Of a stretch of 64,000 bases of DNA, positions 1 through 13,811 are shown one piece after another; position 1 is the first letter of the stretch, and each line of letters begins with the position of its first letter. The notes below the pieces were generated by a model. That model saw only the letters and a program-made list of their open reading frames with translations. It was not told where the DNA came from and did no database searches. This DNA comes from Octopus vulgaris (Eukaryota): assembly GCA_951406725.2 (NCBI GenBank), contig OX597818.1, forward strand, positions 120,094,001-120,158,000. The letters are read 5' to 3'. The position numbers were made by a program, and so were the translations under genes.

Positions 1-149
1 CCCTCAAATCATACTCTACTGCTTTAAAATTGAGAAGGCTGCATTTCGTAATGTAGCTGTAGTTTAGGTATATCTGTAAAATACAAGATGGGATGTTCAT
101 GGTTGGAATGTCTAATAGTAGTAGTAGTAGTAGTAAAGGGTAAAGGGTA

Positions 150-355
150 AAAATCCCCTTTGGTCATGAATGCTGGTCACCCATGCATACCGGCCTCCCC
201 TCTCCATGCCACCAGTGTTATCCAAGGGAAAGGCAAAGGCTGATACAGCTTGGCACCTGTGACATCGCAACTCATTTCTACAGTTGAGGGAACTGGAACA
301 ACATGAAATAAAGTGTCCTGCATGAGATCATAACACACAGCCTAGCCTAGGAATA
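150..355 (-). mobile_element. tRNA-derived SINE family C body/3' part
   Basis: Reverse complement of the 1300-1475 segment (ccagttaactcagctgtagaaatgagttg...gatgccaaactgtatcggcctttgcc). Confidence 0.6.
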
Positions 356-439
356 TAAACATACATATATGATATATGCATATATATACATATATATACA
401 TACACACACACACATATATATATATACACATATATATAT

Positions 440-598
440 ATGTTTACGTCACCGTAACTTAGCAGTTTGGCAAAAGAGACTGATAGAATAAGTACTAGGC
501 TAACAAAGAATAAGTCCTGGGGTCGATTTGCTCAACTAAAGGCGGTGCTCCAGCATGGCCACAGTCAAATGACTGGAACAAGTAAAAGAGTAAAGAGT
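440..598 (+). mobile_element. SINE family A, 3' half
   Basis: taacttagcagtttggcaaaagagac...ggcggtgctccagcatggcc...caagtaaaagag, shared with more than 10 copies in the window. Confidence 0.8.
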
Positions 599-762
599 AT
601 GCCGGGCGAAATGCTTGGCGGTATTTCGTCTGTCTTTATGTTCTGAGTTCAAATTCCACCGAGGTCGACTTTGCCTTTCATCCTTTCGGGGTCAATAAAT
701 TAAGTACCTGTTGCATACTGGGTTCGATCTTATTTCAGGCCTTGTGCCTAGAGTAGGAAAGA
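599..762 (+). mobile_element. SINE family B (5' truncated)
   Basis: gccgggcgaaatgctt...ttctgagttcaaattcc (B-box-like)...gtcgactttgcctttcatcctttcgggg, matches 4366-4812. Confidence 0.75.
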
Positions 763-1185
763 CAGTTGTTGTTGTTGTTGTTGTTGTTGTTAAACTCCAA
801 GTCAGCTCTGACTGAGAAGGCCTATGATCAAAGGTATTCCAATCATGACGGTCCTGTTTTGATGAGATGATGAAGAATTTCAGGGGGAATTTCTACCTGA
901 GCAAGCAACCATGTAGAAGCTCTCATCATATTTGGGTCGAATATGGCCCACTTAAATTACTAAAGAGTGAAATACCCATAAGTGGTTTAGGTGGTGGTGG
1001 TTTAGGTTGTGGTGGTGGTGGTGGTGGTGGCGGAGACAATGGTGTTGAATTGTTGAGGAAATGGTGTCTGCGATTCTAGTTGTTATTGCTGCTTCATTTC
1101 AGTCCAACCCTAATAAAATAAATATTATGCTGCTTCTGTTCATACTGCTGCTGCTGCTGCTACTACTACTACTACGACTACTACA

Positions 1186-1221
<36 letters not shown>

Positions 1222-1239
1222 GCTTCTACTATGACTAAG

Positions 1240-1475
1240 TGAAAGTGTATGGTTCAGTGGTTAGAGTACTGGGCTCGCAATCCTAAGGTAGTGAGTTTGA
1301 TACCCAGGCCGGGTTGTGTGTTGTGTTCTTGAGCAAGACTCTTTATTTCTCCTTGCTCCAGTTAACTCAGCTGTAGAAATGAGTTGTGACATCACTGATG
1401 CCAAACTGTATCGGCCTTTGCCTTTCTGTTGGATAGCATCAGTGACATGGAGAGGGGAGGCTGGTATGTATGGAT
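1240..1475 (+). mobile_element. tRNA-headed SINE family C
   Basis: A-box-like tggttcagtggtt, B-box-like gagtttgataccc, then ttgtgttcttgagcaagac body shared with 20488 and 26635. Confidence 0.75.
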
Positions 1476-1530
1476 GTCAAGTGATGTTGGGGGGGCAAAC
1501 ACAGACACACAAACATATACACATGCATAG

Positions 1531-1587
<57 letters not shown>

Positions 1588-1730
1588 TACGATGGGCTTC
1601 TTTCAGTTTCCGTCTACCAAATCCACTGACAAGTAGAAGACATTTGCCCAAGGTGCTACACAGTAGGACTGAACCCGGAACCATGTGGTTGGTAAGCAAG
1701 CTACTTACCACACAGCCACTCCTATGCCTA
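1476..1730 (-). mobile_element. SINE family A, 5' half with internal (TA)n
   Basis: Reverse complement of the head and body of 6135-6410. Confidence 0.8.
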
Positions 1731-1849
1731 ACGTTTCTGCCAGCTTGCCGCCTTACTACAACAACTGTGTAGGGATCCATCTACAGTGGATCCAGTTAGC
1801 ATTCCAGAGTAGGGACAAACTGATTGTAGAATATGACAGTAACAAGGCT

Positions 1850-3298
1850 TACGATGGTGGCGGTGATGGCGATGGTGGTTGTGGGGATAATGTCTGTAGT
1901 GATGATGATGATGGTGGTGGTGGTGATGATATTTATTGAGGTAGTAGTTGTGCTGATGGTGGTGGTGGGGGTGTTGGTGATAGTGATGGTGATGATGGTA
2001 GTAATGGTGGTGGTGGTGGTGTGTGGACAGGAAGTGGAGTAGGGAAGCGGAGGGGCTATCACCCTGTTTCAAAGCTTTATGGTACATCATAGGGAAGAGG
2101 AGAAATTGGTGGTGGCGGTGGGAGGAGAGAGTGGTGGGTTGTGGCGGGGATGGGGTGGGGGCAGTTGGTTTTTGAGTCAACAAGATGTTTCCGGAAGTGG
2201 GTTAAGGGGAGTGGAGAGGAGAGGCAGGGGAGGGGAGAGATCAAGGGGGCAGACATGGCAGAGACAATTTAAACTTAGTTGCTTTCACCTTCTCTCTCCC
2301 CCACTTAGAAGAGAAAGAGAGAGAGGGAGAGAATGTAAGAAAGAGAGTTAGAGATAGAGTATGAGAGAGGGAGAGACAAAGCAATAGAGACAAAAACAGA
2401 GAGTAAGAGAGGGAGAGAGAGGGGGAGAGTAAGAGAGAGAAAGAGAGAGAGACAAAGCAATAGAGACAAAAACAGAGAGTAAGAGAGAGAGGGAGAGAGT
2501 AAGAGAAAGAGGAGAGAGACAAAGCAATAGAGACAAAACAGAGAGAGAGAGGGGGGAGAAAGAGAAAGAGAGAAAGAGGAGAGAGAGACAAAGCAATAGA
2601 GACAAAAACAGTGAGAGAGAGAGAGAGTAAGAGAGAAAGTAAAGGGAGAAGGAGAGAGATAAACAAAGCAACAAAAACAAAGAGAGAGAGAGAGAGAGAG
2701 AAAGAAAAAGACAATGAGAAAAAGAGAGAAACAAAGAGAGAGACAAAGACAAAATTACAAAAACAGAGAGTGAGAGAGAGGGAGAGAGTGAGATTGAGAT
2801 TGAGGGAGAAAGAAGGAAGAACTGGCTATAGAAGAATATGCCAAGTAGGGGTAGTAATGAAAGTGGGGGACAGGGTGGGTAGGGATGATGGTAAGGAGGA
2901 GGGTGGTGGTGTTGGTGGTGGTGGTGGAAGTGTTAATGATAATGATGATTGCAGCTTTGTGTAATACAATGTAAAAATGGTGGTGGTGGTGGCAGTGGTG
3001 GTGGTGGTGGTAAGGGTAGGAGGAGTAATGGTTAACAGTAGTGGTAGTGGTGGTCGTGATTTGCTAATGAAGGCTGCAACTTTATTGTGTAATTATAATG
3101 TAAAAATAAGACAAAAAAAAAACAAAAAAAGTTTGTTAGTAACTGTATAGGTGGTGGTGGTTGACGATGATAACTGCAACTATTGTGTAATGACTATAAT
3201 GTGGAAAAGTTGTAGTTGTTGGTAGCAGCAGCAGCGGCAGGAGCAGTATTAGCAGTAGCAGTAGTAGTTGTAGTAGTAGTGTAGTAGTAGTAGTATTT

Positions 3299-3342
<44 letters not shown>

Positions 3343-4130
3343 GGTGATGTAATATGACAATGACTTTTGCAATTTTATTGTGCAATACAATGTAAAATTT
3401 TCCTGTAGTAGTAGTAGTAATAGTAGTTGTAGCAGTAGTAGTAGTGGTGGTAGTGGTGGTGGTGGTGGTGGTGATGATGACTATAACCTTATTATATAAT
3501 ATAATGTAAAAAAAAAACTTGTAGTAGTAGTAGTAGTAGTATTGGTGGTGGCGGTGGTGGTGGTAGCAGTGGCTGTAATAGTAGAAGGGGTGTGTCATCA
3601 GCAGTGGTACCATTATTAATAGAGATACACTGCAACTGCATTAGGAGGTGCAGCAGTAGCAGCAGCAGTAGTAGTAGTAGTAGTAGTACCAACACCGCTA
3701 CCACCATGACCACCCATAGTTGTATAATAAGAGGTGGTAGCAATATTAAGTTGAAGCTGTAGTTGAAGAAGTAGTAGTAGTTGTTGTAGTAGTGGTGATG
3801 GTAGTGGTGGTTGCGATGGCTTTGATTGGAGTGGTGATGGTGGTAGTAGCGGTGGTTGTGGTTGTAGTAGTAGCAGCAGCAGTGATGGTGGTGGTGGTAG
3901 TAGAAGTAGTAGTAGTAGTAGCACCAGTGGTGATGGTGGTGGTTGCAGTGATCATGGTTGTAGTGATGGTGGTGGTAGTAGTAGTAGTAGCAGTAGTAGC
4001 AGCAGCAGTAGTAGTAGTAGTAGTAGCAGTAGTAGCAGCAGCAGTAGTAGTAGTAGTAGTAGTAGCAGTAGTAGTAGTAGTAGCAGCAGCAGTAGCAGTA
4101 GCAGCAGTAGTAGTAGTAGTAGTAGTAGTA
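1850..4130. repeat. Compound trinucleotide (GGT/GAT/TAG/CAG) and GA-rich simple-repeat field
   Basis: Long runs of ggt, tag, cag and (GA)n-rich sequence visible directly. Confidence 0.9.
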
Positions 4131-4365
4131 CCTATAATCTGATATATCAAAACTCTAATCGAACTAAATATGCACAGAGATCACTGACATCATTGCTGTT
4201 ATTCATTATCACTCAGTGTGATATGATGTAATATCATCACAAGCCACTATTGACTTTTATATAGGATACAACAAGCCAGTGAGTCGCTGTGTGTGATATC
4301 ACTTGAAGATGATTTAGCATTTTAGCATTTGCAATATAGATTTAAGGCATTATCACTCATTCGAG

Positions 4366-4812
4366 AAGGTGGTGAGCTAGTAGAGAGGTTAGCACGCCAG
4401 GCGAAATGCTTAGCAGTATTGCGTCTGTCTTTACATTCTGAGTTCAAATTCTACTGAGGTCGACTTTGCTTTTCATCCTTTCGGGGTTGATAAATTAAGT
4501 ACCAGTTGCATACTGAGGTCGATCTAATCGACTGACCCCCCACCCCCACCCACCCACCCCAAAAAATTCGGGCCTTGTGCCTTGTGTAGAAAAGATGGTG
4601 GCAAGCTGGCAGAAATGTTAGCACGCTGGGCAAAATGCTTAGAAGTATGTCGTCTGTCTTTACATTCTGAGTTCAAACTCAGCCAAGGATGAGTTTGCTT
4701 TTCATTTTTTTTTGGTCGATAAATTAAATACCAGTTACATACTAGGGTCGATCTAATCGACTGGCCCCCCCTCCCCCCAAATTTTGGCCTTGTGCCTAGA
4801 GTAGAAAAGAAT
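4366..4812 (+). mobile_element. Tandem dimer of SINE family B
   Basis: Two consecutive ~220-bp units (4366-4592, 4593-4812), each aag(g/a)tggtg...gttagcacgc...gagttcaaa...ggccttgtgcct...gtagaaaaga. Confidence 0.8.
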
Positions 4813-5722
4813 ATCACTAATGCAAAGAGTATCACTTATCTTTTATCTTTTGCTCGTTGCAGCCATTAGACTGTGGCCATGCTGTGGCACCACCTTAAAG
4901 GTTTAGTTGGATACAAAAGAATTTACCTTCAGTACTTATCTTTTTTTTTTTAAGTTTGCTTTGCAACCCCATGGTTCTGGATTTAGATAAAGGGCCATTG
5001 TGTTGCACTTTGGACAAGTGTCTTCTACTATAGCCCTGGGCCAACCAAGGCCTTGTGAGTGGGTTTGTTACTTGGAAACTGAAACTCCTTGTACACGTGT
5101 GTGTATGTGTGTGTCTTCGTATTTGTGTTTGTCCCTCACTACCGCTTCACAAATGGTTGGTTAGTTTCCTTCTCACTACACAACCATTGAGGCACATTTT
5201 CAATAGCCAGATGCCTTTCCTGTTGCCAACCCATACCCGTGTCCAAGCAAGGAAATATTTCCCCATGGCCGGACATGTTTTCATGGAGGATTGCAAACAA
5301 TTGACACTGCATGTATGATGGTGTTGCTTGTTTACAGCTGCTACATGCTGTCAAGACAAGGAGCCACAAACACATACACACTCATATATGACAAGCTTCT
5401 TTCAGTTTCCACCAAACAAATCCACTTGTAAGGCTTTGGTTGACCTAAGGTCGTGGTAGAAAACATTTGCTTGAGGCTCCATACAGTGAGACTGAACTTA
5501 AAACTACATGACTGGGAAGCATGCTATTTAATCACAGCCAAGCATGCATAGTGAGAGAGGGAGAGGGAGAGACGGAGAGAGAGAGAGAGAAAGAGAGAGA
5601 GAGAAAAAGAGAGAGAAAGAGAAAGAGAGAGAGAGCGAGAGAGAGAGAGAGGGAGATGGATAGCCGTAGATATATATACACACACACACACACATACATA
5701 CAGGTATTACAAATATATACAT

Positions 5723-6299
5723 ATGTGTGGTAAGTGCCTTGCTTACCAACCACATGGTTCCGGGTTCATTCCCACTGCATGGCACCTTGGGCAAATGTCT
5801 TCTACAATAGTCTCGGGCCGACCAAAGCCTTGCGAGTGGATTTGGTAGATGGAAACTGAAGGAAGCCCATCGTATATATGTATATATATATGTATGTGTG
5901 TGTATGTTTGTGTGTCTGTATTTGTCCCCCCAACATCGTTTGACAACCAATGCTGGTGTGTTTACGTCCCCGTAACTTAGCGCTTCGGCAAAAGAGACCG
6001 ATAGAATAAGTATTAGGCTGCCAAAGAATAAGTCCTGGGGTCGATTTGCTCAACTAAAGGCGGTGCTCCAGCATGGCCGCAGTCAAATGACTGAAACAAG
6101 TAAAAGAGTAAAAAGAGTAAAGAGTATAGACATAGGCGCAGGAGTGGCTGTGTGGTAAGTAGCTTGCTAACCAACCACATGGTTCCGGGTTCAGTCCCAC
6201 TGCATGGCATCTTGGGCAAGTGTCTTCTGCTATAGCCCCGGGCCGACCAATGCCTTGTGAGTGGATTTGGTAGACGGAAACTGAAAGAAGCCCGTCGTA

Positions 6300-6368
<69 letters not shown>

Positions 6369-6576
6369 TTGTGTGTCTGTGTTTGTCCCCCTAGCATTGC
6401 TTGACAACCGATGCTGGTGTGTTTACGTCCCCGTCACTTAGCAGTTCGGCAAAAGAGACCGATAGAATAAGTACTGGGCTTACAAAGAATAAGTCCCGGG
6501 GTCGATTTGCTCAACTAAGGCGGTGCTCCAGCATGGCCGCAGCCAAATGACTGAAACAAGTAAAAGAGTAAAAAGT
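5723..6576 (+). mobile_element. Two tandem full-length SINE family A copies
   Basis: Units ~5723-6125 and 6135-6576; A-box tggctgtgtggt, B-box-like ggttcagtccc, central caccttgggcaagtgtc, internal (TA)n/(TG)n, (gtaaaaga)n tail. Confidence 0.9.
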
Positions 6577-7394
6577 ATAGACATATATAAAATGCGGCAT
6601 ACAAAGATTTCATAATGCAACCATTATAAAAACTCACTGCAAATAACACTAAACACACACACTTGCACATGCACACATAAACATCCATTCAATAAAGAAT
6701 AAGCACATAGCTACATGTACACACACATGTATACACAAATGCCTTCTTAAGATTTCCTGAAGAAGACGAGAATCCACATGGGAACCGGTTCTAGTAAATA
6801 GCATTTGCAAAAGAAAAGACACAAGTGTTCTAAAATCTATGTTATGGCATACGAAATCCTTCGCTTCTTTTCTTCTTCAATTCCTTCTTTTTCTTGGTTC
6901 ATTTAATGCAGTCTTTATAGAAAAATCTCTTACATATTTGTGGCAGCTTTTATCATTTATTATTCAATCAAATTTCTGGATGCATTTATATAGTAAATAC
7001 AGATTCTTCAAAATCTTACCTAAATTCACTCAGGTTTTTTTTTCTATAGATGTCTCACTGTTTTTTTCCCTTTTTTTTTTTTACATTTATTCTCATGTTC
7101 AGACAAAACAGGAAATATGGCTGACATTTTAGTCTACTTTATTTCATTAATGAACATTCTAGGATCTAGATGCTGCTAATTTAGTTTTTAAACAGGACAT
7201 GATGTCTTCAAACTCCTACTTAGATTTACTTAACTTCATCCAAAACCTTATTTCTTTCCCATTTTATTTTCCTTTGTTCTTTTATTGTTGCAGTTTGAAC
7301 AAAAACTGTGTCAAACACATAAGGACCAGTTTTAACCCCTCCTCCCCAGTAAATCATCTTTCTTTGCTGTTGTCACTGTATTATTTTGTTATGG

Positions 7395-8000
7395 GTATGG
7401 CTGTGTGGTTAAGGGTTTCGTCTTGCAATCAGATGGCTTCAGGTTCAATCCTACTGTACAAATGTTTTTCTTGAGCAAGTGTTTTTTACTATGGCACCAA
7501 GCTGACAAATGCTATGTGAATAAATTTTATAGAGAGAAATTGAAAGAAGCCTGGTGTGCATATAAGTACACACACACAAATACATGTACCCACACGCACA
7601 CACATAGATATATACATATACACACATGCAGATATATATGTATACACACACATAGATATATATGTATACACACACAGATTTATATGTATACACATACACA
7701 CACCTTGGGCAAGTGTCTTCTACTATAGCCTCAGGCCGACCAAAGCCTTGAGAGTGGATTTGGTAGACGGAAACTGAAAGAAGCCTGTGGTATATATGTA
7801 TATATATGTGTGTGTGTGTGTGTGTATATGTTTGTGTGTCTGTTTTGTCCCCCCCCCCCCAACATCGCTTGACAACCAACAAAAGAGACCAATAGAATAA
7901 GTACCAGGCTTACAAAGAATAAGTCCTGGAGTCGATTTACTTAACTAAAGGTGGTGCTCCAGCATGGCCACCGTCAAATGCCTGAAACAAGTAAAAGAAA
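7395..8000 (+). mobile_element. SINE family A fragments (one decayed, one internally deleted)
   Basis: Decayed head at ~7395; caccttgggcaagtgtc...aagtaaaaga at 7700-8000. Confidence 0.7.
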
Positions 8001-8247
8001 TTATAAGAAATATATATATATATATATATACACATATATATATATTCCATTGCTATTATGTAAAAGGCATAAAATTGTAACTCCATGCATGTATGACATT
8101 TTCAGTGAGAAATATTTTTGCAAAACTGTCATATTACACTTTTGAAAAATGCTAAATTGTTGTACTACATTTTGACAATTTTCATATCTTGGCATCTGAA
8201 GCAGCTGGAGATATGATAGTTTGACCAAAACAACTGTCTATTATACC

Positions 8248-8395
8248 AGAGGGCTCACACTCTCCTACCCTGATGTAATCTCCAGGGATACAGGCATCCA
8301 GCAACAGGACCTCCATAATGCTATGATGGACTGTGAAGTCTGGCGTAACATAGTAAATTCCATTGTTTCGACCACGGTCGAACAATGATGATGAT
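8248..8395 (+). mobile_element. RTE/RTEX-clade LINE 3' end
   Basis: Frame reads RGLTLSYPDVISRDTGIQQQDLHNAMMDCEVWRNIVNSIVSTTVEQ*, a typical RTE-type C-terminus (Y.D....DTG....L...M.D...WR), then a (tga)n tail. Confidence 0.75.
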
Positions 8396-8634
8396 TATTG
8401 CAAGCAAAATTCAATATTGAAACAAATTTGGCCAAATAGCAGTTTACCATAAAAGCAACGATATATGCCCACTCACTAGTATATCTATCTATCTATATAT
8501 AGTGAGAGAGAGAGAGAGAGAGAGAGAAAGAGATAGAGCGATATATATATATATATTATATAGATAGATAGATAGACAGACAGACAGATAGCTAGACAGA
8601 CAGACAGACAGATAAGTGTGAAGGATGTGTGTGT

Positions 8635-8730
8635 AGGGCTTAGGATTTAGGGTTAAGGTTAAGGCTTAGGATTAGGGTGAGGGTTGTTTAGGGTTAAGGT
8701 AAGACTGTATACTAAAGTGTAAATGGTTAG
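8635..8730 (+). repeat. Degenerate TTAGGG-like hexamer tract
   Basis: ttagggttaaggttaaggcttaggattagggtgagggttgtttagggttaagg. Confidence 0.65.
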
Positions 8731-9204
8731 GTAGAACGTATGCAAAAGTGGCATGAAATGAATAATATGTTGTTTATGAAAATCATGTGTAGATTCATTT
8801 AATTCTTTGTGTACCTTGATCACTACAGAATGGTGGACAAAGAATAAAGAATATTTACAGAATGTGTTTGGAATATGTCGCATATTGATTTTCTTTTTGT
8901 TATGCCTGAGGCCAGTTTTGTAGAGAGAGTGAGTAGAATTGATTACATTGACAAAAATATAGGTACATATATAAATATTTTATTTGAATGTCAACAATTT
9001 GATAGAGAGAATAGTATACAAAGTAACTGAAAATGTGTTGGCCAATAAAAAAAAATAAAATAAAAGGCAGTGTTTCTTAAATATAAGGAAGGTCCCTTAA
9101 ATTTGTGGCTTTCTATCATCATCATCATCATCATCATCAAAAACTCCTGGTTTGATAATAGTACGAGTGAAGAGTCTAATGTGGGTTGTGTGCCTGTGTC
9201 TGTG

Positions 9205-9330
9205 TTAAATACAACAAGACAACAATGCCAAGGGAGTGTGAAATTTCTAGGACATTTGGAAGACATTTATAGGACATTTATAAATGTCCTAGAAATTTCA
9301 CACTGCCTTGGCTTTGTTGTCTTGTATTTA

Positions 9331-9331
<1 letters not shown>
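9205..9331. repeat. Fold-back inverted repeat (~48-bp arms)
   Basis: caagacaacaatgccaagggagtgtgaaatttctaggacattt pairs with aaatgtcctagaaatttcacactgccttggctttgttgtcttg; the arm resembles sequence just 3' of the HHR motifs at 22800 and 34697. Confidence 0.85.
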
Positions 9332-9394
<63 letters not shown>

Positions 9395-9564
9395 TAAGGG
9401 CACACAAGGCACCTAGCTACTAGAAATAGGAGTTAAAACCTACAGTTTAACCACCAATAACACTGAAGAAATTCAACTGAAAATCAACAGAAGTCAGGTG
9501 AATGGGTTAAAGAATTTTAACATATCAAGAGAGCTTAATGCCATACATTTTGGTATTTGGATAT

Positions 9565-9618
9565 ACTTGAATCATGATTTCTAGTTCTGGCAGAAGGCCT
9601 TAACTTTCATCAGCAAGT
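9565..9618 (-). ncRNA. Minimal type I hammerhead ribozyme, intact core
   Basis: Minus strand: ACUUG CUGAUGA A AGUU..GGC CUUCU GCC..AACU A GAAA UCAUGA UU CAAGU; stem I 5 bp, stem II, palindromic stem III AUCAUGAU. Confidence 0.75.
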
Positions 9619-9689
9619 TTTAGCAATTAAAAAAAAATTTCAACTTGTCACGTTTAAGTCTGCTGGTGTTCTAAACTGTTTTGTGCCAA

Positions 9690-11050
<1,361 letters not shown>

Positions 11051-11707
11051 ACACTTCCTGCTGTATCCTCACAACCCTCGCCTACATCTTTCTTTCATGT
11101 TCCATTCATTCACCTCTTCCACCCATACATGCCATTAAAACATAGTACTACTGCACTGAATACTCCAACACACCCACCTCATTCCTCCACCACTCTGCCG
11201 CTCCTTGTCTCACTAAACTTCCACACTAAACCATTTCGACATTTCCCCTATCTCGTTACTAATAGCCAGTATTCTGTTATTCTCTTCAGGACCATTTTCA
11301 CACAACTATAAATCTCATCCTTTTGTAATTTTCCCCTCCTTAGAACCACCACACTCTCTCCTATCCCCTTCTAAGTTGGCGGAATGGATGGTGATGAGGT
11401 CAAGTCAGTTCTTTAGTCTTGCAAGGTGCAAGGCAACCACACTAATGCTGGTTTCACAAGAAAAGCATAGAGTACATTGTGGGAAATGAGTATTTGAACG
11501 AGCATCAAACTGGAGATACAGTGTCAAAACAGAGACACTGGACCACTATGTGGTCTTCCAGCTTGTTTAATCCCGAATAATTACTATTTTTAAATCTCAC
11601 AATGTGAGATATTCAGCGACAGTACTTTGTAGTAAAGATTGGTGGTTGGGAAGCAAGCTTCTTACCACCCAGCCACTCCTGTGCCTATGTATATATGTGT
11701 GTGTATA

Positions 11708-11744
<37 letters not shown>

Positions 11745-11749
11745 GTATG

Positions 11750-11890
11750 TAGGGGAAGAATTCGCGAAAAAAACAAAAGACGAAGATAGGTGGTGTAGAA
11801 AACAAACAGATGTATTAGTATAACGCTCAGGAATTGAAAAACTCTTTTATGTTTCGAGCCTATGCTCTTCCACAGAAAGAAACAAGATGA
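11750..11890 (-). mobile_element. Penelope-like terminal repeat fragment with HHR-like motif (11843-11880)
   Basis: Minus: UCUUU CUGUGGA A GAGC AUAG GCUC GAAA CA UA AAAGA; reverse complement of 56000-56130; flanked by (TA)n. Confidence 0.65.
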
Positions 11891-12726
11891 GAAAAAAAAT
11901 GTGTGTAGTGGCTACTAATCTATCATGGCAACTGCTGGACAGAAGGGTCATATATATATATATATATATATATACATACACACACACACATATATATACA
12001 TACGCATATATGGGTACAAGACGTCACCAACAGTAAACAACATGAAATACGAAAACAAATGAGTTCAATACACAAACAATGAGAGAAACAAATGGAAAAC
12101 AGGTCAAGTAACACAATGAATGACCCTTCATCAGTTATCAGCTGTCCATGTACTCATTTATGCATACATAATACTTTTGTACCTATGGGATACTTAGTGC
12201 TTCAATGAATTTTTGTCACACTCATCATGTGCTGTCTCTCTTAAATCATCCGTCACCCACCATCTGTCACATCTATTCTTACTCGTGTCTCACATAGACT
12301 CTTTCTCTCTCTCTTCCTCTTCTTCCATCTGCCATCCATCTGTGCGCAGTCTGAACAAGTCTTCCATCTCATCTATAGTTGTCTGCCAACCGTCTCCATC
12401 ACGTCAATCTCATTATGTTATTAAGCAGTGTTACATTAACACCCTCACTCTTGTTAACCACATGATTATGCCACCAAATTCCTGACATTCTACATAAGGC
12501 TTTATGTTTAATGGCTAAGAATTTATCGACAACAGACATAGTGGGGCTGTACCAAGATCAATGGCAGTAAAGTGACACTGATCTTGCAAAGGATACATAA
12601 ATTTTTACCTAGGTAACTCACATGTACTATGGACATCTAGAATCACCACACTCTCTCCTACCCTCCTTTCAGTTGGTGGAATAAATGGCAGGGTCATTTC
12701 ATTTCTTTTGTCTTGCAAGTTGTACA

Positions 12727-12935
12727 ATGGACATGTGATTAGAATGTTGTGGGAAAGAATCATAAGACAGATTCTTCATGCTGAGCCAACCAGCAAGACG
12801 CCTAGGGGTCAACCAAGAATAAAATAGTTGTGTAGTTTCCAGTCTTAGTTGGTCATGCTTAAGAATCTAGTCAGAAAGGGTGACGATGGATGCATCTGAT
12901 AGGACCCTGTGGAAGAGGTGCCAGAGGACTCTCAT
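12727..12935 (+). mobile_element. Decayed RTE LINE C-terminal fragment
   Basis: GHVIRMLWERIIRQILHAEPTSKTPRGQPRIK*...SDRTLWKR resembles the RTE GH..R...RGRPR..W...DR..W motif. Confidence 0.65.
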
Positions 12936-13422
12936 GATTCTACAATGAATTGTGAGTAGTGAAAATAAATGGCTAGATAAAAATTTAGAGTCTTTGAACT
13001 TCTATAAAAAGGTATGTTAACATACCTGTTACTTACGTCCTATTTTTCTGGACTAATTAGTCATTAATTACAAACACAATATCCAAGAACTTGGAGAAAT
13101 TAGTGGACTTTATTATTTCTCGTTCTACAACTGAATGGATTGGCAATAATTTATATTCATAATCTCTGTCTTTAAACAATTAATAACCAGAACAAATTTG
13201 CTTTTCTTGAAATTATCAAAGATTTCGTAAAATGATTTTGTTATTATTTACCTGGTGTTTGGAACATAAATTAATTAAAAATTTTGATGAAAGGTTTTGA
13301 GTTAGATTGGTTTAAAACAATTTTTGTATTGCAGAACCAGGGCTGGTCTTAAGGAATTTGGTATCTGAAGGGTTAAACCAAGCAGTCGTAGCTGCATTTC
13401 TCCTGTTGTTATTGAAATCATG

Positions 13423-13811
13423 GGAGGCGCAATGGCCCAGCGGTTAGGGCAGCGGACTTGCGGTCGTAGGATCGCGGTTTCAATTCCCAGACCGGGCGTT
13501 GTGAGTGTTTATTGAGCGAAAACACCTAAAGCTCCACGAGGCTCCGGCATGGGATGGTGATCCCTGCTGTACTCTTTCACCACAACTTTCTCTCACTCTT
13601 ACTTCCTGTTTCTGTTGTACCTGTATTTCAAAGGGCCGGCCTTGTCACTCTCTGTGTCACACTGAATATCCCCGAGAACTACATTAAGGGTACACGTGTC
13701 TGTGAAGTGCTCAGCCACTTACACGTTAATTTCACGAGCAGGCTGTTCCGTTGATCGGATCAACCGGAACCCTCGTCGTCGTAACCGACGGAGTGCTTCC
13801 AGTCCAGTCCC
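13423..13811 (+). mobile_element. Young full-length tRNA-derived SINE with 12-bp TSD
   Basis: A-box tggcccagcggtt, B-box ggtttcaattccc, CpG-rich, (tccag)n tail; TSD attgaaatcatg at 13411-13422 and 13812-13823. Confidence 0.9.

Noticed and set aside
8182-8385. Protein-like minus-strand ORF (MFDRGRNNGIYY...)
   Set aside because: It is the antisense of an RTE/RTEX LINE C-terminus on the plus strand.
12085-12140. Minus-strand CUGAUGA in a repeat shared with 50410-50460
   Set aside because: No GAAA/stem III follows stem II; not a complete hammerhead.
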